Shown here in pieces: positions 56,653 to 64,000 of a DNA stretch of 64,000 bases. Position numbers and translations under genes: made by a program. The stretch's first letter is position 1. Every line of letters begins with the position of its first letter. A model generated the notes under the pieces. The model worked only from the letters and a program-made list of their open reading frames with translations, was not told the DNA's origin and did no database searches. This DNA is from an uncultured Amnibacterium sp. Its GTDB lineage: Bacteria > Actinomycetota > Actinomycetes > Actinomycetales > Microbacteriaceae. The stretch is taken from the NCBI RefSeq assembly GCF_964250715.1, contig NZ_CAXUGX010000003.1, positions 116,368 through 180,367 on the forward strand. The letters run 5' to 3'.

Positions 56653-57516
56653 ATGGCTGACATCCCCATCCCGACTCGCGCCGTCCTCACCCCGGAAGGG
56701 ACCGTGGGGGCAGGTGCCCGCCTTCCCGCGATCGGCCTCGGTACCTACGGTCTGCGCGGAGCCGCGGGTGTCGCCGCGGTCGGTACCGCCATCGACGCGG
56801 GCTTCCGGTTGCTGGACACCGCCTTCAACTACGACAACGAGGGCGCCGTCGGCCGCGCGATCATCGACTCGACGGTGCCTCGCGACGAGTTGATCTACTC
56901 GACCAAGCTGCCCGGTCGGTACCACGGATACGAGCTTGCGCTGCAGGCCGTCGAGGAGAGCCTGTTCCGGAGCGGGCTCGACCGCCTGGACCTCGTGCTC
57001 ATCCACTGGCCGAATCCGTCAGTGCGCAAGTACGTGGAGGCGTGGCGGGCACTCGTCGAGGCGCGCGAACGCGGACTCGTTCGCATGATCGGCGTCTCCA
57101 ACTTCCTGCCCGAGCACCTGGACCGCATCATCGGCGACAGCGGCGTCGTCCCGGTTCTGAACCAGATCGAGGTGCACCCGTACCACCCGCAGGACGAGGT
57201 GCGAGCGGCGAACGCGGAACGCGGCATCCTCACCGAGGGCTGGTCGCCGCTCGGCGCGAGCAGCGATCTGATCGGCCACGACATTGTCACCGGGATCGCG
57301 GAGGCGCACGGCACGTCGCCCGCGCTCGTGCTGCTGGCCTGGTCGATCGCCCTCGGGGTGATCCCGCTGCCGAAGTCTGCGACCGCGGCGCGTCAGGCAG
57401 CGAACCTCACCGCGTTCGATCTCGAACTCGGCGCCACCGACCTCGACCGCTTGCGCCGGCTCGCCGGTACCGACGGCCGGCGACACTCCGACCCGAGTGA
57501 GCACGAGGAGATGTAG
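56653..57516 (+). CDS. aldo-keto reductase (2,5-diketo-D-gluconate-reductase-like)
   Basis: 287 aa. AKR catalytic tetrad blocks LDTAFNYDNE (Asp/Tyr), STKLP (Lys), LVLIHWP (His). Confidence 0.85.
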   Translation: MADIPIPTRAVLTPEGTVGAGARLPAIGLGTYGLRGAAGVAAVGTAIDAGFRLLDTAFNYDNEGAVGRAIIDSTVPRDELIYSTKLPGRYHGYELALQAVEESLFRSGLDRLDLVLIHWPNPSVRKYVEAWRALVEARERGLVRMIGVSNFLPEHLDRIIGDSGVVPVLNQIEVHPYHPQDEVRAANAERGILTEGWSPLGASSDLIGHDIVTGIAEAHGTSPALVLLAWSIALGVIPLPKSATAARQAANLTAFDLELGATDLDRLRRLAGTDGRRHSDPSEHEEM

Positions 57517-57572
57517 CAGGCAGGATGACAGCACCGGTTCCTCCGCAGAGCCACGTTCAAGGAGACCATCGC

Positions 57573-58469
57573 ATGCGCGTGTTCATCACTGGAGCTTCCG
57601 GCTGGATCGGATCCGCCGCCGTCGACGAGTTGTTGGCCCACGGGTACGACGTCACGGGACTGGCGCGATCGGACACGTCCGCCTCCGCCCTCGAGGCGAA
57701 GGGTGCGACCGTGCTGCGCGGGGACCTCGACGACCTCGACAGCCTGCGTCGCGGGTCGCAGGACGCCGACGCCGTCATCCACCTCGCCAACAAGCACGAC
57801 TGGGCGAACCCCGCCGAGTCGAACCGTGCCGAGCGGGCCGCTGTGGAGACGATCGCCTCCACCCTGGTCGGCTCGAACCGTCCGTTCCTACTGGCCTCCG
57901 GCGTTGCGGGGCTGGCGCAGGGCCGCCCATCGACCGAGCAGGACCCGTCGCCCTTCAGCGGCCCGGAAGCGCCGCGCGGCGGTACCGAGAACCTGGCGCT
58001 GGACTACCTCGACCGCGGGGTGAAGTCGATCAGTCTGCGCTTCGCGCCGACCGTGCACGGCATCGGCGATCACGGTTTCATCTCGCTCATCGTCGCGGCA
58101 GCTCGCGAGAAGGGCGTCTCGGGGTTCGTCGGTGATGGGACGAGCGGGTGGGCGGCCGTGCACCGCACTGATGCGGCGACGATGATCCGACTCGGACTCG
58201 AGAAGGCTCCGGCCGGCTCGCTGCTGCACGCCGTCGGTGAGACCAGCGTCGCGACGAAGGACATCGCCGAAGCGATCGGCCGCGGCCTCCGCCTCCCCGT
58301 CGAGTCGATCGATCCCGCCGACGCGGTCACTCACTTCGGCTTCATCGGCGGATTCTTCGCCCTGGACCTCTCGTCGACCAGCACCATCACCCAGCACCTG
58401 TTCGACTGGACCCCCACCGGCCCGACCCTGCTCGACGACATCACCGCCGGCGCGTACTTCGAGGTCTGA
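57573..58469 (+). CDS. atypical/extended SDR (NAD-dependent epimerase/NmrA-like)
   Basis: Start taken at MRVFITGASGWIGSA (Rossmann). 298 aa. Confidence 0.75.
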   Translation: MRVFITGASGWIGSAAVDELLAHGYDVTGLARSDTSASALEAKGATVLRGDLDDLDSLRRGSQDADAVIHLANKHDWANPAESNRAERAAVETIASTLVGSNRPFLLASGVAGLAQGRPSTEQDPSPFSGPEAPRGGTENLALDYLDRGVKSISLRFAPTVHGIGDHGFISLIVAAAREKGVSGFVGDGTSGWAAVHRTDAATMIRLGLEKAPAGSLLHAVGETSVATKDIAEAIGRGLRLPVESIDPADAVTHFGFIGGFFALDLSSTSTITQHLFDWTPTGPTLLDDITAGAYFEV

Positions 58470-58686
58470 GCGTCACGCCAGGCAGCGCTTCACGCGGGGT
58501 CGACGCTCGCGCAGACCATTCGTTGCAGCGCTCGGTGGGCCGATCTGAAGCCCCCAGTCGGTCACATCAGCGTGACGCGGACCAACGCCCCGCGACGATG
58601 TCGGGCTCATCTTTGAGCGGCCCTCGGTGCGTGCGGTGAACCACCCCATGGCCGCACTCTTCTCCGCCCCGTCCGCGACGACGAGG

Positions 58687-58992
58687 TCAGGCCGCGAGCG
58701 TGAAGTCGCCTCGGTGCGGCGCGACGGGTGCGGCGGTGCGCTCCTCGCGCAGCTGCTCCGCGACGGCCGCGGTCAGGTCGAGCAGCGTCGTCTCGAGTGC
58801 CGCGGCGATCGCGGCGACGACCTCGCTCGAGGGCTCCTTGACGCCGCGTTCGACCTCGGACAGGTACTGCACGGACAGGTTGGCGCGCCGGGCGACGGCC
58901 CCCAGCGTCTCCTGACGAGCGCGGCGGAGTGCGCGCAGTCGATGGCCGAGGAGGTGGCGCCAGAGTCGTTCGGGCTTTCCGGAGAAGGTCAC
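58687..58992 (-). CDS. clgR: XRE-family regulator of the ClgR/PopR (Clp gene regulator) type
   Basis: 101 aa from GTG 58992. HTH ..[37 protein letters not shown].. closely follows the ClgR block [20 protein letters not shown]. Lies immediately downstream of clpP. Confidence 0.75.
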   Translation of the reverse strand: [101 protein letters not shown]

Positions 58993-59126
58993 GACTGCAG
59001 TCAAGCGGCCGACTCCTCCGTCCGCCCGGTGTTCTGCTCTCAGCAGAAGCCGTCTACCCCTGCATGCCCTCGAGGATCGTCTGCTCCTGCCCGATCTCGG
59101 GAGGCAGGAGGAGATGTCGTCCACCT

Positions 59127-59744
59127 TCAGCTGCGGGAGACCGCGACCGGGACGCTGCGGTCGGTGCCTCCTCCGCCCGCGACGTCTGCGGCGGACGACC
59201 GGATCTGGTCGACGAAGCCGTAGTCCAGGGCCTCCTCGGCCGTGAACCACCGGTCGCGGTCGCCGTCCGCGTCGATCTGGGCGACCGTCTTGCCGGTCGC
59301 CTCCGCGGTGATCTCGGCGAGCCGGCGCTTCATGGCGATGATGATCTGCGCCTGCGTCTGGATGTCGCTCGAGGTGCCGCCGAACCCGCCGTGCGGCTGG
59401 TGCAGCAGGACCCGCGCGTTCGGGGTGATGTAGCGCTTGCCCTTCGTGCCCGCTGTGAGCAGCATCTGTCCCATCGAGGCCGCCATCCCGATGCCGACCG
59501 TCACGACGTCGTTCGGCACGAACTGCATGGTGTCGTAGATCGCCATCCCCGCGGTGACCGAGCCGCCGGGGGAGTTGATGTAGAGGTAGATGTCGCGCTC
59601 GGCGTCCTCCGCCGCGAGCAGCAGCAGCTTCGCCGCGATCTCGTTCGCGTTGTCGTCGCGCACCTCGCTGCCCAGCCAGATGATCCGGTCGCGGAGCAGG
59701 CTGTCGAACACGTTCGGGGTGATGGCGGGACCGTCCATGAGCAT
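59127..59744 (-). CDS. clpP: ATP-dependent Clp protease proteolytic subunit (solitary copy)
   Basis: 205 aa. YINSPGGSV, Ser in GMAASMG, His in LLHQPHGG, Asp in DRDRWF. ClpP1-like with a short N-terminus. Confidence 0.9.
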   Translation of the reverse strand: MLMDGPAITPNVFDSLLRDRIIWLGSEVRDDNANEIAAKLLLLAAEDAERDIYLYINSPGGSVTAGMAIYDTMQFVPNDVVTVGIGMAASMGQMLLTAGTKGKRYITPNARVLLHQPHGGFGGTSSDIQTQAQIIIAMKRRLAEITAEATGKTVAQIDADGDRDRWFTAEEALDYGFVDQIRSSAADVAGGGGTDRSVPVAVSRS

Positions 59745-60128
59745 CGTTCCTTGTCGTCGATCAGCAGGAGGAGGGCGCCGGCTCGCTTCCGAAGGAGCGC
59801 GGTGCGACGACGGTAGAGCCCGCTCAGGCGGCGTCGGCTCGCTTCTGCTGAGGGCAGACGAGGGCGCCCGGAGGACCCGTGGGTGCGGCGAGCGCGGTGC
59901 GCAGCCGTCTCACGCGCATCGCACTGATCCTCGTCGGTGTGATCGCGCTGGCCATCGGCCCGGTGGCACGCATCCATCGGGCGGGTAGAAGACCTGGTAG
60001 AGCGCGTGTTTCTACCAGGGGATTATTCTATCTCCAGACCAAAGGCATGCCGAAAGCACTCCGCAAGTAGCTGGGCGTGGCTAGGCTGCCCGGGACGTCA
60101 CCCAGCGTCGTGCTAACAGGAGACCCTC

Positions 60129-61442
60129 TTGAGTGACCAGGCAAGCGACTCGGAACCGCGCGCTACGCCCGAACTCTTCGAGGAAGTCGAGGACGAGTCG
60201 ACGGAGATTGAGGATGAGTCCGCCGAATCCGAAGACGCCGCGGACACGGCGTCGGACGGCGGCTCGGAACCATTGGTACCTAAGCCTAGGCGCACGCGCC
60301 ACGTGCGTTTGTTCCCTGCACTGTCGTTCAAAGAAGCGCTGTTCCTCGCTGAATCCATCCAGCTTCACGGTGCAGGGCAGCCGATCCGTCGGCTCACACT
60401 CTTTGAATCTCTCAACCGCGCGGCAGAGGGAGGCACCACACGAAAGCTCATCACCAGTAGTGGGCAGTACGGCCTGACGACCGGCGCATACAACGCCGAC
60501 TTCCTTGAGCTCACCCAGCTCGGATCTATCGCGTCGAATCCCGATGCTGCCCCAGCGGCAAAAGTTGCGGCGCGCTTCAAGCTCGCGATTGAAACCGTCG
60601 CACCGTTCAAATTTATCTACGATCGCTACCGTGGGAACCGACTTCCCACCGTCGAGGTGTTGCGCGACGCAGCGCGCGAGGCGGGCATATTTGAGGATCT
60701 GGTCGCGGAGTGCATTGAAACATTCCTGGCTAATGCACGCGAGCTTGGTGTTATTAGGACCATTGGTGGTTCTGAACACCTCGTTCCCATCGAGGCTGTT
60801 GTGGAGCGCATGGATGACGGTGGCGTCGCTATGGACGCGACGTCCTCGGAGCGTCCCGTTCGTGCTCCGGGCGGGACAAGTGGGGCAGCCCTCACCTCTA
60901 GTGCTCCTGCGTCGCGACGAGGAGCCCGTGTTGGGGACGAGTTTGACGACGTTTGCTTTGTGATCTCGCCCATCGGCAGTCCCGGTTCCGCTGAGCGCAG
61001 GCATGCGGATTTGGTCCTTACGGCCTTGATCGAGCCTGCGCTGAAGGACTTGGATCTTCGTGCAGTTAGAGCCGACGGGATCAGTAAGCCCGGATTGATC
61101 ACTGGTCAAGTGATGGAGCACGTCGCAAAATCAAGGCTGGTCATCGCGGACCTGAGCTTTAGCAACCCAAACGTCTATTACGAGCTCGCTTTGCGGAATG
61201 CAACCCGCAAACCCGTCGTGCAGTTGATACGCACGGGCGACAAGCTTCCGTTTGATGTGGGGCAATACCGCACGGTCGAGATTGACATGACCGATATATA
61301 CGTGCTCGTTCCTCAAATCGACTTGCATCGCCAAGAGATCACCCGTCAGGCGCGAGCTGCTATTGCAGAAGGCGCAACCTCTGAAAGTCCGTTGTCTCAA
61401 TTCTATCCAGCCTTCTGGGACCATATCCTTCCGCGTGCTTAG
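60129..61442 (+). CDS. 437-aa multidomain protein: acidic tail, two winged-helix-like modules, C-terminal nucleoside-2-deoxyribosyltransferase-like/TIR-like domain
   Basis: TTG start with SD AGGAG 7 nt upstream. Residues 1-45 are Asp/Glu-rich. Residues 60-135 and 155-225 are helical wHTH-like (..KLITSSGQYGLTTG..LELTQLG; ..FLANARELGVIRTIGG..). Residues 273-385 read CFVISPIG..LRAVRADG..GQVMEHV..SRLVIADLSFSNPNVYYELALRNATRKPVVQL..LPFDV..YR. Confidence 0.7.
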   Translation: MSDQASDSEPRATPELFEEVEDESTEIEDESAESEDAADTASDGGSEPLVPKPRRTRHVRLFPALSFKEALFLAESIQLHGAGQPIRRLTLFESLNRAAEGGTTRKLITSSGQYGLTTGAYNADFLELTQLGSIASNPDAAPAAKVAARFKLAIETVAPFKFIYDRYRGNRLPTVEVLRDAAREAGIFEDLVAECIETFLANARELGVIRTIGGSEHLVPIEAVVERMDDGGVAMDATSSERPVRAPGGTSGAALTSSAPASRRGARVGDEFDDVCFVISPIGSPGSAERRHADLVLTALIEPALKDLDLRAVRADGISKPGLITGQVMEHVAKSRLVIADLSFSNPNVYYELALRNATRKPVVQLIRTGDKLPFDVGQYRTVEIDMTDIYVLVPQIDLHRQEITRQARAAIAEGATSESPLSQFYPAFWDHILPRA

Positions 61443-61689
61443 TCAGCCCCGCGCCATGAAGGCTTCGAACCGGCTGCAATTTCCGGACCCAGTTCCCGAA
61501 TACGTGAAGGAGCGTGTCCCCTTGCTCGCAGGCTTCCGGAAGTCGCACTCACTCGGTTAGCTAAAGGATCCTGCAGGCGGTCTATCTGTACGGAGTGTTC
61601 TGCGAGGACCAGATGCTCGTGGGTTGCTCAGCCGTCTAGAGCATGTCGCTCCACAAGCGGTCACGCGGACGAGGTCACGCCGCACGCCG

Positions 61690-61775
61690 GGTACTCCCGG
61701 TACGCCGAGCCGGCCACTGCTGACCTGTCCGCGACCAGCAGTTCACGCGCCGTGCCGACCGGCTGCATCGGTTCG
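61690..61775 (-). repeat. copy A of an ~85-bp repeat carrying a 35-codon minus-strand micro-ORF (61661..61768)
   Basis: MQPVGTARELLVADRSAVAGSAYREYPACGVTSSA. About 78% nt identity to copy B. Confidence 0.5.
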
Positions 61776-61826
61776 AGAGAGCGAGACAGCCGCTTCGTAG
61801 GATGACGAACTCATAGAAGGAGACCG

Positions 61827-62537
61827 ATGCCTCGCAATTTCTCGTGGACCGAGGATGAGGTACTCCTGGTGGCCGACGCGGTCGACCGCGCTGATTGGAC
61901 GGGCGTCCGTGCCACGTCAGAGGTCGCGACGAAGCTGTCGGATCTGCTCCGCGGGGCCAGGATTCATCCCCTGGAGGGCCGACCCGACGACTTCCGCAGC
62001 TCGTCGAGTGTGCAGCGCAAGGCGGAGGACATCAGGACCCTGCATCCTGACTACACGGGCGTTCCTACTCGCGGCGGCAGCCTCACAGCGGCTGTCGTAG
62101 AACGCTGGCTCCATGATCCTGCGGCAGGGCGCCGCGACGCGGCGGTCGCGCGGAGACTTATGGAGAGCGGCGAGGCCCTCGACCCTGCGATAGACCAAGA
62201 CGCTGAGGCGAGCGAAGGTCGCCTAATAGCGGCATGGGTTCGTCGTCGGGAAAGGGACCCCGCCATCCGGCGACGCAAGCTCGAGCACATCGCCGAGACC
62301 GGTCGACCTCGAGACTGCGAGGTCTGCGGCTTCAACTTCGACCGCGTCTACGGAGCGGACCACGCGGTCGGCTACGTCGAGGTTCACCACGTCGTGCCGC
62401 TCCACGTAAGTGGACTAACCAGCACACGGCTCGATGACCTCGTGCTCCTGTGCGCCAACTGCCACCGCATGCTGCATCGCGGCGGCACCTACACGCCCGG
62501 GGACCTTCGGCGAGCGATCGGAGAGCAGCGCCCGTAG
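61827..62537 (+). CDS. HNH endonuclease (COG3183-type predicted restriction nuclease)
   Basis: 236 aa. C-terminal CEVCGFNFDRVYG..GYVEVHHVVPLH..LDDLVLLCANCHRMLH (beta-beta-alpha-Me with a Cys4-type zinc site). N-terminal ~110-aa domain with FRSSSSVQRKAEDIRTLHPDY. Confidence 0.85.
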   Translation: MPRNFSWTEDEVLLVADAVDRADWTGVRATSEVATKLSDLLRGARIHPLEGRPDDFRSSSSVQRKAEDIRTLHPDYTGVPTRGGSLTAAVVERWLHDPAAGRRDAAVARRLMESGEALDPAIDQDAEASEGRLIAAWVRRRERDPAIRRRKLEHIAETGRPRDCEVCGFNFDRVYGADHAVGYVEVHHVVPLHVSGLTSTRLDDLVLLCANCHRMLHRGGTYTPGDLRRAIGEQRP

Positions 62538-62611
62538 AGCCCGTCAGACGGCTCGTAAGCGTCCGCCGCTCGGTTCTCGGTGTAAAGCCACTGCGGTTAG
62601 ACCGCACGCAG

Positions 62612-62697
62612 GACACCGCCAATACGCCGAGCCGCTGAGGACGGTCCGGTCCGTGATAAGCAGTTCGCGCGCGGAGCCGGCCGGCAGCATCGGCTCA
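62612..62697 (-). repeat. copy B of the ~85-bp repeat carrying a 48-codon minus-strand micro-ORF (62544..62690)
   Basis: MLPAGSARELLITDRTVLSGSAYWRCPACGLTAVALHREPSGGRLRAV. See copy A. Confidence 0.5.
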
Positions 62698-62743
62698 AGG
62701 CGGCCGTGCGGGACGGCGGCTCAAGGTCAAGCCGGCGCGAGGG

Positions 62744-63429
62744 ATGCACCTACCCCGCGTATCGGCGACGCCGAAGCGCTACCTGACCGTGGCGCAGGTG
62801 CACGAACTTGCGGAGATCGTCGACGGGATCGGGGCGGGCAAGCAGAACGGTGCCGCGAACGGGTACGGCACCCTCGTCCGCGTCCTTGCCTTCTGTGGTC
62901 TGCGCTGGGGCGAGCTGTCCGGGCTGCGCGTCGGCGACATCGACTTCCTCCGCGGCAGGCTCGAGATCCAGCACACCGTCGTGGAGTCCGGGGGAGTGCA
63001 GGTCGAGTCGACCCCGAAGGACTACGAGGCGCGCAGCGTTCCGGTAGCGAGGTCGATCCTTAACGAGCTCGCCGTCCTCGTCGCCGGCCGCGGCGTCCAG
63101 GAGCGGGTGTTCCGCGGCGCCCGCAGTGGCTCCCGGATCCGCGGCAAAGGTCTTCCGCCCCGGATGCTGCAGCGGCTCACATCGGCGAGCCCAGGCTGAC
63201 TCCGCACGAACTGCGCCACGCGGCCGCAAGCCTCTCGGTGAGCCTCGGCGCGAACGTGAAAACCTTGCAGCGGATGCTCGGTCACGCGTCGGCCGCGGTC
63301 ACCCTCGACGTGTACGCGGACCTCTTCGATTCCGACAATAACGCGCTCAGCGTGGTCCTCGATCGCGTAGCTTCGCGTCCATTTCGCGTACACCGGCGCT
63401 CTGAGCCGGAAAAGGTGAGGGCCCTATGA
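62744..63429 (+). pseudogene. tyrosine recombinase/integrase remnant: N-terminally truncated and frameshifted catalytic domain
   Basis: Frame +2 reads ..KRYLTVAQVHELAE..LAFCGLRWGELSGLRVGDIDF..ESTPKDYEARSVPV.. and stops at 63199. Frame +1 then reads ..RLTPHELRHAAASLSVSLGANVKTLQRMLGHASAAVTLDVYADLF... The R..HxxR..H..Y catalytic residues are split over two frames. No core-binding domain lies upstream. Confidence 0.8.
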
Positions 63430-63450
63430 CCAGTTCACACTCTTTCGGGG

Positions 63451-63462
63451 TGTGCCCCCAGC
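63451..63462. repeat. 12-nt direct duplicate (TGTGCCCCCAGC) of the tRNA-Arg 3' end (63470-63481), att-scar-like
   Basis: Exact 12/12 repeat, spaced 19 nt (start to start), between the integrase remnant and the tRNA. Confidence 0.6.
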
Positions 63463-63471
63463 TTTCGGCTG

Positions 63472-63543
63472 TGCCCCCAGCAAGATTCGAACTTGCGCCC
63501 CTGCCTCCGGAGGGCAGTGCTCTATCCCCTGAGCTATGGGGGC
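63472..63543 (-). tRNA. tRNA-Arg (anticodon CCG)
   Basis: Minus strand GCCCCCATAGCTCAGGGGATAGAGCACTGCCCTCCGGAGGCAGGGGCGCAAGTTCGAATCTTGCTGGGGGCA folds as a 72-nt cloverleaf. 7-bp acceptor, GCTC/GAGC D stem, CTGCC/GGCAG anticodon stem, loop CTCCGGA, GCAAG/CTTGC T stem with TTCGAAT loop. CCA is not encoded. Confidence 0.9.
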
Positions 63544-63603
63544 CAGGTGGGTCCACGGTAGCAGCCGGGGTCACCTCGCCCCGAGTCGCATTGGGGCCGA
63601 CTA

Positions 63604-64000
63604 TCAGCTCGGCGGGCGGGTGGCAGCGGCCAGGTCGGCGCGCAGCTCGTCGGCCGTGTCGACCGTGACGTAGCCCGGGGTGTCGCGCTGGATGCGCCAG
63701 CTCTCCGACAGCGGGCCGCCGTCGACCACGTCGAAGCCGAACTCGTCGATCAGGGCTCGGACGGTCGTGCGGGCGGCCTCGTCGTCGCCGAAGATCGCCA
63801 GCGCGCGGCGGCCCGGGGTGCCGGCCGGCGTCGGCTGCTCCGTCAGGTGCGCCGCCATGATGTGGTTGAAGGCCTTCACGACCTTCGAGTCGGGCAGGTG
63901 GTGCTGCAGCAACTCCGCGGTCGTCGTCGACTCGGTGTCCAGCGCCGCGATCTGCCCGTCGCGCTGCGGGTAGTAGTTGTTCGTGTCGATCACGATCTTG
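63604..64000 (-). CDS. NADP oxidoreductase, coenzyme-F420-dependent (NpdG-like) family, C-terminal part (gene continues past the window)
   Basis: ..KVVKAFNHIMAAHL.., ..AIFGDDEAARTTVRALIDEFGFDVVDGGPLSESW... The frame stays open to the window edge. Confidence 0.6.
   Translation of the reverse strand, partial: KIVIDTNNYYPQRDGQIAALDTESTTTAELLQHHLPDSKVVKAFNHIMAAHLTEQPTPAGTPGRRALAIFGDDEAARTTVRALIDEFGFDVVDGGPLSESWRIQRDTPGYVTVDTADELRADLAAATRPPS

Larger units (their letters stand above)
59980..63543. mobile_element. decayed integrative island at tRNA-Arg(CCG)
   Basis: GC falls to roughly 58-62% from about 59980. An integrase remnant lies next to the tRNA 3' end, and a 12-nt duplicate of the tRNA 3' end is present. 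Cargo is one NDT/TIR-like protein and one HNH nuclease. The left boundary is approximate and no distal att copy was found. Confidence 0.5.

Noticed and set aside
56653-57516. Calling the AKR the pyridoxal 4-dehydrogenase of the B6 pathway
   Set aside because: The known AKR-type PL dehydrogenase is, as far as I recall, a larger and different AKR subfamily. An SDR-type candidate already sits in the lactonase operon. It is left as a generic AKR and mentioned only as context.
58541-58560. GCCCCCAG match to the tRNA-Arg 3' end as a possible distal att site (which would put clpP/clgR inside the island)
   Set aside because: Only 8 nt match, which is expected by chance in GC-rich DNA.
59879-60070. 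63-aa ORF with one hydrophobic helix (IALILVGVIALAIGPV) at the island edge
   Set aside because: It spans the GC transition and a hairpin (CCTGGTAGA..TCTACCAGG at about 59991-60020), and it has no SD. The evidence for a small membrane protein is insufficient.

Overview
High-GC (about 70%) actinobacterial chromosome segment, Micrococcales-like; the taxon is inference only. All calls rest on motifs I recognise by eye in the ORF translations and sequence, with no database search. Most long ORFs antisense to the called genes are GC-rich shadow frames. From left to right the window contains the following.

1. A ~2.9 kb low-GC (about 50%) island holding the 3' end of an RHS/YD polymorphic-toxin gene. 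Its toxin tail is frame-broken and is followed by a translationally coupled lipoprotein (candidate immunity) and an LRR protein.
2. Core genes: phosphoketolase, a phosphoribosyltransferase, ung, a GNAT, an amidase, a MacB-type ABC pair, an SDR, a flavoprotein disulfide reductase and a divergent arginase-fold protein.
3. A PaaX-linked aryl-CoA cluster: PaaK-like ligase, micro-ORF, cupin, TesB, fused FAD-monooxygenase/OYE acyl-CoA hydroxylase and RidA.
4. A divergent MATE/TetR pair with paired operators.
5. A DeoR-headed catabolic island with three esterases (one with Cys in place of the nucleophile Ser), a polyol dehydrogenase, a Dpp-type ABC importer with a fused permease-ATPase, and a CrtI-like flavoprotein.
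6. A near-complete vitamin B6 (pyridoxine/pyridoxamine) degradation pathway-I cluster, followed by a BMP-type ABC importer, a second aminotransferase paralog, IclR and an AKR.
7. A lone clpP with a ClgR-like regulator.
8. A decayed tRNA-Arg(CCG) integrative island. It carries a truncated, frameshifted integrase, an HNH nuclease and a 437-aa wHTH plus NDT/TIR-like protein. I rate this last protein the best candidate for an undescribed (defence-type) system.

No rRNA, CRISPR array or intact transposon was seen.
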